This document shows positions 38,721 to 52,289 of a stretch of DNA of 64,000 nt, one piece after another. Below the pieces are notes generated by a model. It saw only the letters and a list, made by a program, of their open reading frames with translations, did no database searches and was not told the DNA's origin. This stretch comes from Mesotaenium endlicherianum (Eukaryota), in NCBI GenBank assembly GCA_009602735.1, contig WELA01003469.1, positions 376,162-440,161 of the forward strand, written 5' to 3'. How positions within the stretch are numbered: position 1 is the first letter of the stretch; every line of letters starts with the position of its first letter. Both the position numbers and the translations under genes were made by a program.

Positions 38721-41489
38721 CAGTGTGGGGTACAAGATGTCGTGATCGAAGCTTAAAAGTAATTAGCATAGTTCAGCACATACACAAAACGCTCATTCCT
38801 AGGAGCTAAGGAGCCAAGAGCACCCTGTTACCTAGCGTATAGAGCAATTTCACGTGGAACGAAAGTTATTTTTTGCATGCAACTAGATAACCTTGCTGAA
38901 ATAGACAAGCATATTTATTATTATGTTCCTGAGTTGAAGTCTTATAGATTGAAGCCAGTAGAATTCTAGACAACAAGCTTACGAGAGAACGAAATATGAG
39001 TACTAGGCGATCATCGCTGAAAACTGTGCATATGCCTCAACAAAAACTAAACATCATAAAGCTCTCTCAACCCTAGTTGTAAGGTACAGCCCAACGCTTG
39101 CACATCAATATTTGGTGCAATGAAGCTATGAACATTTTTCAACTGAAAATATCCTTTTACTTAGCAACACTTTGAAATTGATAAAATCATTTAAGTAATT
39201 AGGCAATGGAGGTTGTTCCCAATGCCAATATCAATGCGAGAATATTTCAAAGTGGAACCACTTTGGAAAACCTTAATTAATTTCAACTGGAATCATTGGG
39301 ATTGTTGACGATCTTCCACATTGACTTGATATCATCGACAAGGACTTTGCCAATCCTGTGAAGGGCGCACATCTTATATTTGTCTAATCATCAAGTTCAA
39401 GGAAACGATCGCTACTTCAAGCTTGTGTATGTCAATTGCAATAAATTCATGATACTAGTCATTGTTGCTTCAACAACGGGTTTATACAACGTGGACATCG
39501 TCTTGGCATTAAAAAAGGAAAAAATCAACGAAAATTTTGCATTTTTCCCAATTGTAGGGATTGCAATAATTCTACCGTCATACTTCACACATTTCTATGG
39601 TCGCCTCCACATCCTTTGCGGAATAATGAAAATGAGTTGAGCGCTAAAGCATTTAAAGTTGTTCTTGGTTTGACCTTGGTTTATCAGATTGTGTCGAGTT
39701 GCGTCTCGTATAAAAGTAAAGCAATATGCACGAAAAAAGTAACTCAAGGACTAAAAGTCAAATTATATCGAATTATTTTGAATTATATCGAATTATATAT
39801 TTACATATATGCATATATATACGCTTATATATAAATATATAACATATATATAATATACATGAAAATATAATTCCCATTAACATACGCAAACGTCGTAAGT
39901 AGCCTATGTGACGTGATTGCTACAAAAAGTCATAATATTTCAAGAATACACGTGTCAACATATTTGTTGTCAATCCTTTATCAAGCAGATGAATTTGATG
40001 GTTGGAGCCGGTGAATGACTTTTTGAAGTAAGAAAAGCAGTCGATGCAAATCAAGAGTTTTTTGTTGTGCAATTTAAAAATTTAGGAAATTGATGTTTTT
40101 GGGCGTTCACAAACCTTGAAGTTGTGTAAGTCACGTACCGATTCGAATGGATCCATTTGAAAAGCCATGAGATTTGATCTTATATGACCTAGGTAGGACA
40201 AGAAAATGAAACAAATGTGGATTTTCTATTTTCAAACTTCGCATCAATTTAAGAAATAAGAACAATAACGAACCCTTGCTAACCTCATTCACGTATGTGG
40301 GTCATAGATTGCTTCCTTATGCGCAATGATTTCATTAGTCTGTCATGACAATCGCGTGTGTTTGTTGTAATCGCATCGTTTTGTTCTTTGAAGTTAAATA
40401 AAAAATAAAGTTGTTAAAGACGTCAAGATTTTTGGTGACAGCTTTTCAGATCGTTTGACTTTCTGAACCAATCAAGATCAAATACAAGAACAAAACTTAT
40501 TAGCTGTTCATTTATTAACAATCATTGTTGAACCACTTCAAACTTTTACATTGCACTTGCTGTATAAGTCATTAGATGAATCAACGTTTCTTGACTTCTG
40601 GCACTCACCCCCACCTCAAATTTTGAAGAAGCTAGTACTTGCCACATGGAAATTCAAAATCCATACTAGTGTACAATTCCATGGCACTTCCTACAAGTTT
40701 GCTAGTGAATAATTGAGATTTATCGCGCCAACCCAATTATGCTGGTGGACGCGTTGCAGGGTGCAAAGGAGCTCATGAACGTAATTTTATACAACCAAAC
40801 CTATCGTGAATTTGGCCTTTGAAAAGCCAAATGGGCTTACTATATGACACCCGCTCAGCTCAAGAGAATCACTTCTTGTTTTGTGCTGATCAATTTGAGT
40901 TATTTTTCTTACTCATATTGTTTCAAAATACTTGACTTTGAAGGCGGGAGAAAGCCCATAGCTGCTACTGTAGCGATGTCAAGAAACCATTTGTATAATC
41001 AATTTTGAGTATCTAACAAAGGCTGTTTGCAAACACGATTGTCCTGTGCTTTTATTACCTTGATCAAGCACAAATAGCAAAAAATGTAACTCCACATTTA
41101 AGGAATAGGTGACCTCATTTTTGAATTAAGCTCCATATTTGTATTGGGCCACAACGCGGCAATGAGTCCGGCCTCTCATTTGGCGAAGATTGCTGCCTTG
41201 GTCTTCTAGGATGAAACATAATTTCAAATGTGAGGCTTTCAAGCACTTTCAAGGCATTGTGGAGATCGGTCGATGCCAGTCAACGTCTTTGTCCTGTTTT
41301 GTCTAGGTGAATTTTGGACAACGTGTTGGCGCTTGTAGTGCCCGCGGTGTGTTTTGGATTGTAGTGGGTTGCTATGTAGTTGAAAGAGTACGACTGGGTC
41401 AAAGAGATAACCAACCAATGTGCACTTCTGATTACACGCTAGATTTTTTTTGGGAAAACTTGACGAGAACATGACGTTAACACGACACA

Positions 41490-42924
41490 TGTACGATCAT
41501 AGGATTGTAGAGTGCATTTTTTTGATCATTTTGATATAAAATCCAGCGAATATGGTTAAATATTGAGAAAGTAATGGATTTTGAAGTTTAGTTAGTTTTA
41601 AGGTTGGTCGACGACTGTCTTTAATTTGCGATGAGCGCGACCGTCGGATTGACCGACAGCGTTGAGCAGTCTGGACCGTAAGAGTGAATTTGAACCTTCA
41701 CGTAATTTCGGCTGACGCGGAGTGCCGACCAGGTCGCTTTACCTAGAAATTTTGCATTAGCCTAGCGCGCCTAAGTTAGTATATTCTAGGCATTTCGATG
41801 CATGCATGTGGACGTCAAATCGGCCCGACACGTCAAATGAGGCTGATCTGGCCTACTCACGAGTCACAAATATTCTCGAAGGGACGATTTGACAAACACT
41901 TATAAATTTTGTTGCTAAACGGCTGTAATGAATCAATATATTGGTAGATATAATATTTATTTTAATATAATAGGCAAATAAGTTCAGCCTGCTGAACTTT
42001 AGTTAGTATCGAGTTTGCTAGACTTTATATAACTGTCAGTTAAATGACTCAGCCGGAAGCAGCAGACTGAAGTATACTAGGTCAGCTTGCTGACACATTC
42101 TTTGACAGTCGGCTGACTACCGTACTCGGTAGCAGCAAATTGCCTAGATGTGCATCTATGTGTGGTGTGCTAGATGAATGGCCAGATGACATCCTTAGGA
42201 TGAATGGCGATTCGGGATGATGGGAGATGGCGGTGGATTTGGTAACCGAGGTCCTAACAACGTGGTTAACTCCCGGGTAGGTGGTGCCATGGCACTGACC
42301 GGTGAACAGTAAACTCATTCCATGTACATATGCTAGGTATTGCTCTCGAGTTCGAGATTTGGAAATGAGGTCAACTCTCTTGTACAGCTTACTGAGAGAG
42401 ATCTAAATCCAAGGCGAGAAGCTATTGATATGCACTGTCTCCTAGCCTTGCTTATGTGTGAGTTTACTGATTGCATTATTGATGCTAGTTTACTTCCATT
42501 TGACTTCCGAGTATTGTCAATTACTAGTACGTTGTCTTTTGCTGTTTAATCAATCAACAAAAAATACCATAAAGATTACTTGCTGATATAAAGATCTTCA
42601 TTAATTGTTAATCGCCTATTTGGTAAGTCGACTCATTTCAGCGGCCCTCCTTCTTAGGGGCGAGCGGTCGTCGTAAAAAAGTATAAACAGGCATAACTTT
42701 TTTGTTTTTTTTTAATCAATTTTCACTTCTGTAAATTTCTACGGGTTTGTACTGACGAGGTCTTTTATCCTTTTTCATTTGTGAATACTTTCTTGTTACT
42801 CAAAATGTGAAGTATTTTTCCTAATCTTTTCTAGTGATATGTCACTGCACTCTAGAGTATGATTGCAACTAGTGTGGTTCCTCGTGAGTCACTACGCTTC
42901 CACTAAGGCACTCCGTCCCTTTCA
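41490..42924 (+). mobile_element. Diverged family A solo LTR, split by a family C solo LTR
   Basis: tgtacgatcatagg...ccctttca is the reverse complement of the A1 LTR as printed (e.g. gagcgcgaccgtcggattgaccgacagcg, cctcgtgagtcactacgcttccacta). No convincing TSD. Confidence 0.85.
41924..42640 (+). mobile_element. Family C solo LTR (717 bp)
   Basis: TGTAATGAATC...CATTTCA with no PBS following. TSD ACGGC/GCGGC matches 4 of 5. Confidence 0.9.
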
Positions 42925-44867
42925 ACAGGGGCAAATAGACTGCTTTTAACGTTGCGGCGCCTGATTCCAGCATTCACGCTGCTTAACCGTCACGTTGGGC
43001 TAGGTCGGTGACCTATTTGACAACTCAACGCATGATCCAAGCTCCGCTCAAGCTTCAACGAGGCACGTAGCTTGACAACAATCGATCGTACCGCTTGTAC
43101 TCGAGTATCCTGTCATGTCAATCTTATTCCTACCAAACATTTTCAAGTTGTGACGACCTGCGAGTAATTTTAAATTTGTGCAATCTCACAAACTTGAAAT
43201 CTTTGCAGAGCGACTTGAACGTTGTTAAATGATCCCCACATCATGACCTTCTTCAATCGACTTCCAACATTTTTGGGCAATCCACAAATACAACAAGACT
43301 TCTTTATTGACCGACATATTTCCAAAATGGACCGACAAATGTTCACGAATTCAGACCCTTTGTATATTCTTCACAAATGCATGCTAGGCGAGTACTAACA
43401 CTTACTCATTCTCTCATAAATTTCCAAATTCCGGTGCTCTTCTATGACAAATGCGATCTTGCAATATTTAATTTATATGTAGAAATGCGTCAGCTGCTCC
43501 GCTCTTACAACCTCTAAAGTTGGCGAGAATGGAAAAGTGACTGTGCGTGTGAAATGTGGGTAAGTCCAAAAATCTTTGTAAGAAATCAGTATATTAGTAA
43601 ATATAATATTCATTTATATATAATAGTTATTTAAGTTCAGCCTACTGAACTCTAGTTGATAATCAGTCTGCTGGACTATATTTTTAATATCAGTTTAATG
43701 ACTCAGCCGGAAGCAGCAGGCTGAAGTCTACTTAAGTCAGCTTGCTGACACATTCTTTGACAGCCAGCTGACTTCCGTACTCGGTAGCAGCGAACTGCCT
43801 CAATATGCAACTAAGTATGATGTGCTAGATGAATGGCCAAATGACATCCCTATGATGGATGGCGATTCGAGATGATGGGAGATGGCGGTGGATTTGGTTA
43901 ACCGAGGTCCTACCAACGTGGTTAACTCCCGGGTAGGCGGTGCCATCGCACTGGCCGTTGAACAGTAAACTCATTCCATGAAAATATGCTAGGCATTGCT
44001 CTCGAGTTCGACATTCGGAAACGAGGCCAACTCTCTTGTACAGCTTCCTGAGATATATCTGAATCCAAGGCGAGAAGCCATTGATACGCACTGTCTTCTA
44101 ACCTTGCTTATGTATGAGTTTACTGATTGCATTATCGATGCTAGTTTACTCGCAATTGAATTACGAGTCTTGTTCCCTGCTAGTGTGTTGTCCTTTGCCG
44201 TTAAACCAGTTAACGAAAAATACCATAAAAGATTACTTGCTGATATAAAGATCTTTATTAATTGTTAATCGCCTATTTGGTAAGTCAATTCATTTCAGTG
44301 GTATCGGAGCAGTTATCACAGTCTTCTTTGTATGGTAAGGACAAGGTCTCAAACTAGCAACTCCCGAGACATGGAGAACCAGGATAACGAGAATGTCGAA
44401 AACCAGGCGGAAAGCCATGTAGCGGGAAACCGTACCTATTCGGAAGCAGTAGCGGATACTGCAGCTAGGGAGGCAGCAGATGAGGCAGCTGCTATTGCCG
44501 CAGTCGCAGCACAGCAAGCTGAGGAGGAGAGAGCCAGATTAGCTGAACAATTAGCAAAGGCTGCTGAAGATACAGAAAGGAGGGAAGGACAGCCTGCTGA
44601 CGAGCGCACGGTTGAAGAACTTATGGCATCAAGGGCCAATGTTCTGAACCCACCTCCTGCTGTACAACTCAATGTACCCCTAGGTCAAATACGTGACCGG
44701 CTGAATGCGACAGGAATTGCTGCTGAAGGAGCGAGAGGGATTGTTGAGGATACTACTCAGCAAGTAGATGCCAATGCTGCTGCTGCATTTGCTAGACTAC
44801 CACCCCAGAGTGAAGACTTGGGAGCATTGTTCGTTCAAATGCAGTCGCAAATGGCGACCATGTATCA

Positions 44868-47800
44868 TGAAAGGGGCAGGGTGCCCTAGTGGAAGCGTAG
44901 TAACTCACGAGGAAAGAAACCTCCAACTCCAATCATTCCTGGGATTTGCCAATTGGTACAGGAGCTGAATCCCGAGCTTCTCGCACATAGCAACTTCCCT
45001 CGTATATTTTCTCAAGAAGGACAAGCCATATGTTTGGACTAAAAAAGAGGAGGGAGCATGAAAGGGGCAAAGTGCCCTAGTGGAAGCGTAGTGACTCACG
45101 AGGAAAGGAACTAGTTGCCATCATACTAGAGAGTGCAGCGGCATATCACTAACAAAGCTTAGGAAAAATACTCAACAGTTTGAGTAGCAAGAGTGTGCTC
45201 AAAAATGATGTAGGATGAAAGGTCTTGTCATTACAAACCCGTAGAAATTTACAGAAGTGAAAACTGATAAGAAACAAAGAAGTTATGCCTATTTATAATT
45301 TTCTGCCTAAGTGCTCCTCCCTAGGAGGAAGCTACGGATTTTCCTAAGTGTTCGTCAAATCGTCCCTTTCAGAATATTCGTGAGTAAGCCAGATCAGTCT
45401 AATCTGACGTGTCGGGTCAAATTGACGTCCACATACATGCATCGACATTACTAGAATATTCTATCTTAGACGCGCTAGGCTAAACCGAAACTTCTAGGTA
45501 AATCGACCTAGTCGGCACTCCGCGTCAGCCGAACTTACGTGAAGGTTCGAGTTCATTCTAACGGGCCAGATCGCTCGACGCTGTCGGTCAATCCGACGGT
45601 CGCGCTCACCGCAAATTAAGGACAGTCGTCAACCGACCTCAAAACTAATTAAACTTCGGAAATCCATAACTCTCTCAATGCTTGACCAAATTCGATGAAC
45701 TTTATATCAAAATGACCACAAAAATGCACTCTACACTACTATACAATCAAAACATACTTTCATGAAACTCAAAAATGCACTTTATAAACCTATGACCTTA
45801 CATCATCCCCCTCCTCAAGATGCGACGTCCTCGACGCATTCTGCAAATAACGCCTCAACTTACTCTTACAATGAGTCAAGTTGGCCTCTGGCTCCCAAGT
45901 GTTGTCATCCGCATGGTAGCCTTTCCACTTGACCAGATACTCTTGGACAAATCGTTGACCTCGCTTGACTCGTCGATCGCTGACAATCGCCTCCACTTCA
46001 TACTCCAATACATCATCGATCTCGACCGGTGGTGGCGGTGTAGGTAGTCGTCCTGGATGTCCTTCATTCGGGTCAACGTATGGCCGCAAACAACTGACAT
46101 GGAACACATCGTGTGTACGCCAGCCTGAAGGAAGTTCCAACTTGTAGGTCACTGGATTCACCTGCTTGAGCACTACAAAGGGACCTGTAAATCGTGCCCG
46201 CAGTTTCCTCTTGCCTGTGAAAGGTAGGTTCTCTGTGGACAAGAGTACTTTGTCGCCCACATGGAATGTCACTTCCCTCCTGTGCTTGTTAGCATGCTTG
46301 ACCTGCTCTTCCTGTGCCTTCCGAATACACGTCTTCGCCATATCCCAAGTCTTGGCCATCTGCTCCATAAAAGCTTGTGTAGTAGGAACCTGAGTCTCCT
46401 TGGCCTTCTCCAACAAGATGTTCCCTGGATGATATACTTCTCTCCCATAAACCATAGCGAATGGTGACTGCTTGGTCGATCCCTGCATGCTGTTGTTGTA
46501 GGCAAACTCCAACCCTGGTAGCTTCTTGTCCCACTCTGAAGGGTCTTCCATAGTGAAACTCCTGAGCACCTCTTGCAGATCTCTGTTGAGCCTCTCACTC
46601 TGCCCGTCTATCTGAGGGTGATAGGAAGTGCTCATACTCAGCTTGGTCCCCATCAATGTAAACAATGACCGCCAAAAGTTGCTAGTAAACCTTGGATCCC
46701 GATTTGAAACAATCACCTNTTGAAACAATCATCTTCGGCAACCCATGTAGCCTGAAAATATGATTAAAGAATAGCCGTGCCACATCCGCTGCCGTAGAAA
46801 TCTCTTTCATGGGAATGAAGTGAGCCATCTTGTTGAGTCTATCAGACACAACCCATATTGCATCGTGCCCTTGACCACACACTGGTAACGATGTGATGAA
46901 GTCCATAGCAATCTGCTCCCAAGGATACTCTGGAATAGGCAGGGGCTGCAATGTACCTCCCTTCTTTTGATTTGGTGTCTTGTTTCTCTGGCACGCATCG
47001 CAACTCCTGATCCACTCCTCGATGTCCTTGTCCATATTTCTCCAATAGTACTCTCGCTTCAGCACGCTTGCCGTCTTCTCGCTTCCAAAGTGTCCAGCAT
47101 ATAAGCAATCATGATGCTCTGCAAGTAGTAAGTCTCGTAGTTCCTTGATGTCAGGTACCACCACTCTCTTGGAATCACCATAATACCATATGCCGTCCTT
47201 CTGCATACTCGAGTTGGACTCAACTGCTCCACCATCAGCAAATTTTGGATCCTCCTCATAACCTCTCTGAAGCTTCTCCTTGAAGTCCATACTCTCCTTG
47301 ATGACTGAGACAGCTGCAAGGTCACACCTCCTGGATAAAGCGTCTGCAGGGTTGATCTTCCCAGGTAAGTACTCAATCTTGTGGTCAAACTGTTGCAGAA
47401 ACTCCATCCACCTTGCCTGTCTTGGTGTCAACGTTGGCTGCATCATGAACTTCTCCAAGCTCTTGTGGTCGGTCTTGATGAACACGTTCCGACCATCCAC
47501 ATAACATCGCCAAATCCTCAAAGCCTGGATAATAGCCAACATCTCCCGCTCGTGTGCTGCATAATTCTGCTCAGCAGGACTCAACTTCCTGCTCTCATAT
47601 GCCACAGGTTGTAATCCTTTGCCCTGGTCCTGGAGAAGAATGGCTCCCACTGCAAAATTTGATGCGTCCGTGATGATGGTGAAAGAAAGCTCTGGACTGG
47701 CAATTGCCAACACAGGTGCCTGTGTCAATAGCTCCTTAATCTTCTCGAAGGCTTGCTGCTCCTTGTCACCCCATAGCCACTTCTCCTGCTTCTTCAACAT

Positions 47801-50800
47801 GTCCGTGAGCGTTGCACACACCTTGGCAAATCCTTCAATGAAACGTCGATAATAATTTGCCATGCCGAGGAAACTCCCAAGTTGATGAATATCAGCAGGT
47901 ACCGGCCAATCTCTGACTGCTTGCACCTTCTTCTGTTCCACCTTGACTCCTTCAGCTCCCACTATATGTCCAAGAAACTCGACTTCCTTGAGACAGAAGT
48001 CGCACTTGCTCATCTTCCCATACAGCTTCTGATCTCTCAAGACCTCCAACACCTTCCTCAGATGCCCCATATGCTCCTCCAAGGTCTTCGAATAGATCAG
48101 GATGTCGTCCAAAAATACAACCACAAACTGGTCCAAATACGGTCTGAAGATACTATTCATGAGTCCCATAAATGTAGCAGGTGCATTAGTCAATCCAAAA
48201 GGCATGACTGTGAACTCGAACAAACCATAGCGAGTTATGAATGCAGTCTTCGGAATGTCTCTTTCCGCAATCCGTACCTGGTGATAGCCACTCCTCAAAT
48301 CGATCTTCGAGAAATACTTCGCCCCGACAAGCTTGTCAATCAACTGACAAGCCTGTCAATCAACTCGTCCACTCGTGGAAGTGGGCACCTGTTCTTGATG
48401 GTGACCTTGTTCAGCACCCGGTAGTCGACACACATCCTCATAGTCCCATCCTTCTTCTTCACAAATAAGATTGGCGCTGCAAATGGAGACTCGCTGGGTC
48501 GGATGAACCCCTTCTCCAACAACTCTGTCAGTTGCTTCTTTAACTCATCCAACTCCGCAAACGATTGTCGATAGGCGGGTCTCACTGGTGGCTTGCTCCC
48601 TGGTTCCAACTCAATCTTGTGCTCCATAGCTCTCTGTGGAGGTAATCCTGTAGGTAGCTCCTCAGGAAATACGCACTTGAACTCCTCCAACAGCACCTTA
48701 ATTTGGGCAGGCATCTCAGCAGGCTTCTTCTCTTGAGCAGTTGGGCTCTGCTCCTTCTGAGCAAGGGGATCAGACACCACTACTTGCTCCTCCGGCGATG
48801 TACATTCGCCCAGGCTGTTAGGATTCACACTTGCTCCATCTGATGACCTGGCCAGGGCCACCGAAACAAGGTACATCTCCTTCACCTGATTCGCCCTGCA
48901 TAGCTTCTTAACTTGCAGGCTCGACAGAAGACAGTTACTTGTGGCCGTATCTACCTCCACCTGTTTCGGTGTCTCGATTCGACCATCACGCCCTTGGACT
49001 TTCACTTGTCCTGTGCTCCAGTGCACTTGAGGGTTGGCTTTTCTCAGCCATGGTCGGCCCAATATCACCTCATGGTGACCCAACTCTGCCTGCTCCATAA
49101 CTTCAGTACTCCGGTGCCCCGCTACTTCCACGTGAATAGCTTCCGTAGGTGCACCACACTTGAGTCTCTGCCCATTTGACAAAATTGCCTCCTTAGGCTC
49201 ATAATGCTTTTGCACAGGGATTTGCCACTCTTTCACCAGCTTCTTGTGCACAGAGTTTGCTCTTGCGCCACTGTCGACCATACACTTCGCCTTGTTGCCG
49301 TCGACCACTCCTTCCACCATGATAAGCTTGTCAACATCTCGTCTTTCGCTTCTCGGCAGGCTTCTGGGGATAACCTCCTTGTGAGTTTTCGTCTTCACGC
49401 CAGTAGACACCCCAGAACGACTTACTGGCGTCCTCCTTTTTCCTGCAGTTGAGGTTGCTTCGCCTTCACATAACAGTCTCGAGCCAGATGTCCAAGCTTG
49501 CCGTAATTATAGCAGGGTCCTCTCGCCTTAAAATTCGGCTGCCTGCGCTGGTACTGAACAAGTCCCAACTCTATAGGTACTGGACCTTGAACACTCGTGC
49601 TTGGCGCTTGAGATCCGAAGTGTCGATATCCTCCAAAGTTGTGGCTGCCCCACTGCCTCTGACTATACTCCACAGCGTCGACCCTTGTTGCCAATGCCAT
49701 CATTTCTCCAAGACTGGTAGGGTCCTTGAGCGCCACTTCCTTGGCCACAGTTGGCTTGAGTCCCCTCTTGAACTTGTCCATCATCTCCGACTCGTGCATG
49801 GATGGACATTGAAGCACCAGCTCGTTGAAGCGCGATACATACTCTTGAACGCTTGCTCGTTGACGAAGGCGCACCAATAGATCTCGAGCGGTAGCCTCGG
49901 GTGCAATAGGTTGAAATTGCCTCTTCAAGCCTTCAAATAGCTGATCAACAGTAGCAGGAACTCCAGACAGCTGCTCTTCTCGTTCATACCAAGCTCCAGC
50001 ACTCTTCTGCAGTAAAGTTATGACAAAGGCGACTTCCCTGTCGGGCGTGAGCGCAGAATACTCCATAAACTTCTTCTCTCCAAAAATCCATTGATGAACA
50101 GGCGGCGATCCACGCTCTCCAATATAAACTTCAGGCTTAGGCACACGCACTCCTGATGCGGGTGGAATAACTGGTTGCACCACTGGGTTAACATGAATCA
50201 GTGGCACCACAGGTGCAGGTGCCGAACTCGTCAAAGCGGCGTTCCCCATAACAACTCGCACCATTCTCTCCACCTCCGCGCGCATATTTTGTTGAAACTG
50301 GGTGTAGACTTCTCCTCCAATTGCATTTGCCATTTGTCTTAGCATCGCCTGCATCTCTTGTTGCTCTCTGGTCATTGTTGGTGCTGCCTGCTGCCCCGCG
50401 CGCTCAACATGCTCGACATGTTCGCCTCCTCCAGCTGCCGGCTGCGACTCCATAATATAATATGCAAACTAGCCCTGCTCCGATACCAGATGAAAGGGGC
50501 AGAGTGCCCTAGTGGAAGCGTAGTGACTCACGAGGAAAGGAACTAGTTGCCATCATACTAGAGAGTGCAGCGGCATATCACTAACAAAGCTTAGGAAAAT
50601 TACTCAACATTTTGAGTAGCAAGAAATTGCTCACAAATGATGTAGGATGAAAGGCCTGGTCATTACAAACTCGTAAAAATTTACAGAAGTGAAAACTGAT
50701 AAGAAACAAACAAATTATGCCTATTTATAATTTTCTGCCTAAGTGCTCCTCTCTAGGAGGAAGTTACGGATTTTCCTAAGTGTTCGTCAAATCGTCCCTT

Positions 50801-51234
50801 CCAGAATATTCGTGAGTAAGCCAGATCAGTCTAATCTGACGTGTCGGGGCGAATTGATGTCCACATACATGCATCGACATTACTAGAATATTCTATCTTA
50901 GACGCGCTAGGCTAAACCGAAACTTCTAGGTAAATCGACCTAGTCGGCACCCCGCGTCAGCCGAACTTACGTGAAGGTTCGAGTTCATTCTAACGGGCCA
51001 GATCGCTCGACGCTGTCGGTCATTCCGACGGTCGCGCTGACCGCGAATTAATGACAGTCGTCAACCGACCTCAAAACTAATTAAACTTCGGAAATCCATA
51101 ACTCTCTCAATACTTGACCAAATTCGATAAACTTTATATCAAAATGACCATAAAATTGCACTCTACACTACTATACATTCAAAACATACTTTCATGAAAC
51201 TCAAAAATGCACTTTATAAACCTATGACCTTACA
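44868..51234 (-). mobile_element. Family A chromovirus copy A2 inserted in the C2 gag; gag intact (49422-50453), pol frameshifted
   Basis: TSD TATCA at 44863-44867 and 51235-51239. LTRs at 45059-45802 and 50491-51234. A 20-bp duplication at 48326-48365 breaks RT. There is an N at 46719. Confidence 0.95.
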
Positions 51235-51882
51235 TATCAGTCCCAACAGAAGGACAAAAGAATCATAATGTCTCTACTGCGGGACAGAGACCAACTGGGG
51301 TCTCAAACCACTGGTGGTGGTGGCCGAGGGCCTAGTAAGCCCAAGCCGAAACCTCCCCAGGACTATGATCCTGAGGGAAACACAAAATATTACCTGATCA
51401 AGTTTCTCGCGGATGTTGAGCAGTGGCTGGAGAACTACCCAGAACTGCAAGATTACGAGAAGGTCAGGCACACCGGTGCGCTACTGAAAGGCAGTGCCGC
51501 AGACTGGTGGCTTTACTGGAAGGAAGAGCGTAAGGCTCGGCAACTCGGTGACCCTACGTGGGTAGAGTTTGTCGAGAAGTTGCATGAGAAGTTTGATGTC
51601 ATCAACCAGCAGGAGAAAGCTATCTATGCGATGATCTCCCTGACACTGAAGCAGACCACTTCAGTTGCTGAGTTTGCTCAAAAGTTCCAGGAGAACATGA
51701 TGAAACAGCCAGACTTGTCAGAACGGTATAAGATAGCATACTCAGGTATGGCTTGAAATCCGAAGTCTCTGGTCATTTCGCTGAGAAGAAGTATGAGAAA
51801 CTGGCTGACTTGATCCAGGATGCTGATGCCTGGGATCAGCAGCAGTTCAATCACAAGCGCCAGAGTAATGCTCTGGTGTCTA

Positions 51883-52110
51883 AGTGAAATGAATCGACTT
51901 ACCAAATAGGCGATTAACAATTAATAAAGATCTTTATATCAGCAAGTAATCTTTATGGATTTTCCGTTTCTTGGTTAAACGGCAAAAGGACAACACACTA
52001 GCAGTGAACAATACTCGTAAGTCAAATGCGAGTAAACTAGCATCAATAATGCAATCAGTAAAACTTATTCATAAGCAAGGTTAGAAGACAGTGCGTATCA
52101 ATGCTATACA
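51883..52110 (-). mobile_element. Inverted 3' fragment of a family C LTR inside the C2 gag
   Basis: tgaaatgaatcgacttaccaaataggcg...gaagacagtgcgtatcaatg is the reverse complement of the last ~220 bp of the C LTR. It is flanked by GTCTA/GTCTA. Confidence 0.85.
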
Positions 52111-52289
52111 GTCTAGAGGTAGCGGTGGTTTCTCTCGAGGCGGCTATGGAAGAGGTGGTGGTAGGACTAAGCCGAGACCAGCCTCATCAAAATCCATTAG
52201 CTACCATTGTCAGCAATTGGGCCACTACAGAGAACAGTGTCCAGTCAAGCACCTTCCGAAGGTTGAGAGAAAAGACCAGCCTTTAAAAG

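Noticed and set aside
38760..43570. Possible decayed transposon coding sequence (e.g. minus-strand LDHALSCQIG near 43030)
   Set aside because: Too many stops and only a short motif. I cannot assign it without a translated homology search.
46700..46735. Apparent duplication and frameshift in the A2 integrase
   Set aside because: It is centred on an N at 46719 and is most likely a scaffold join with overlapping contig ends.
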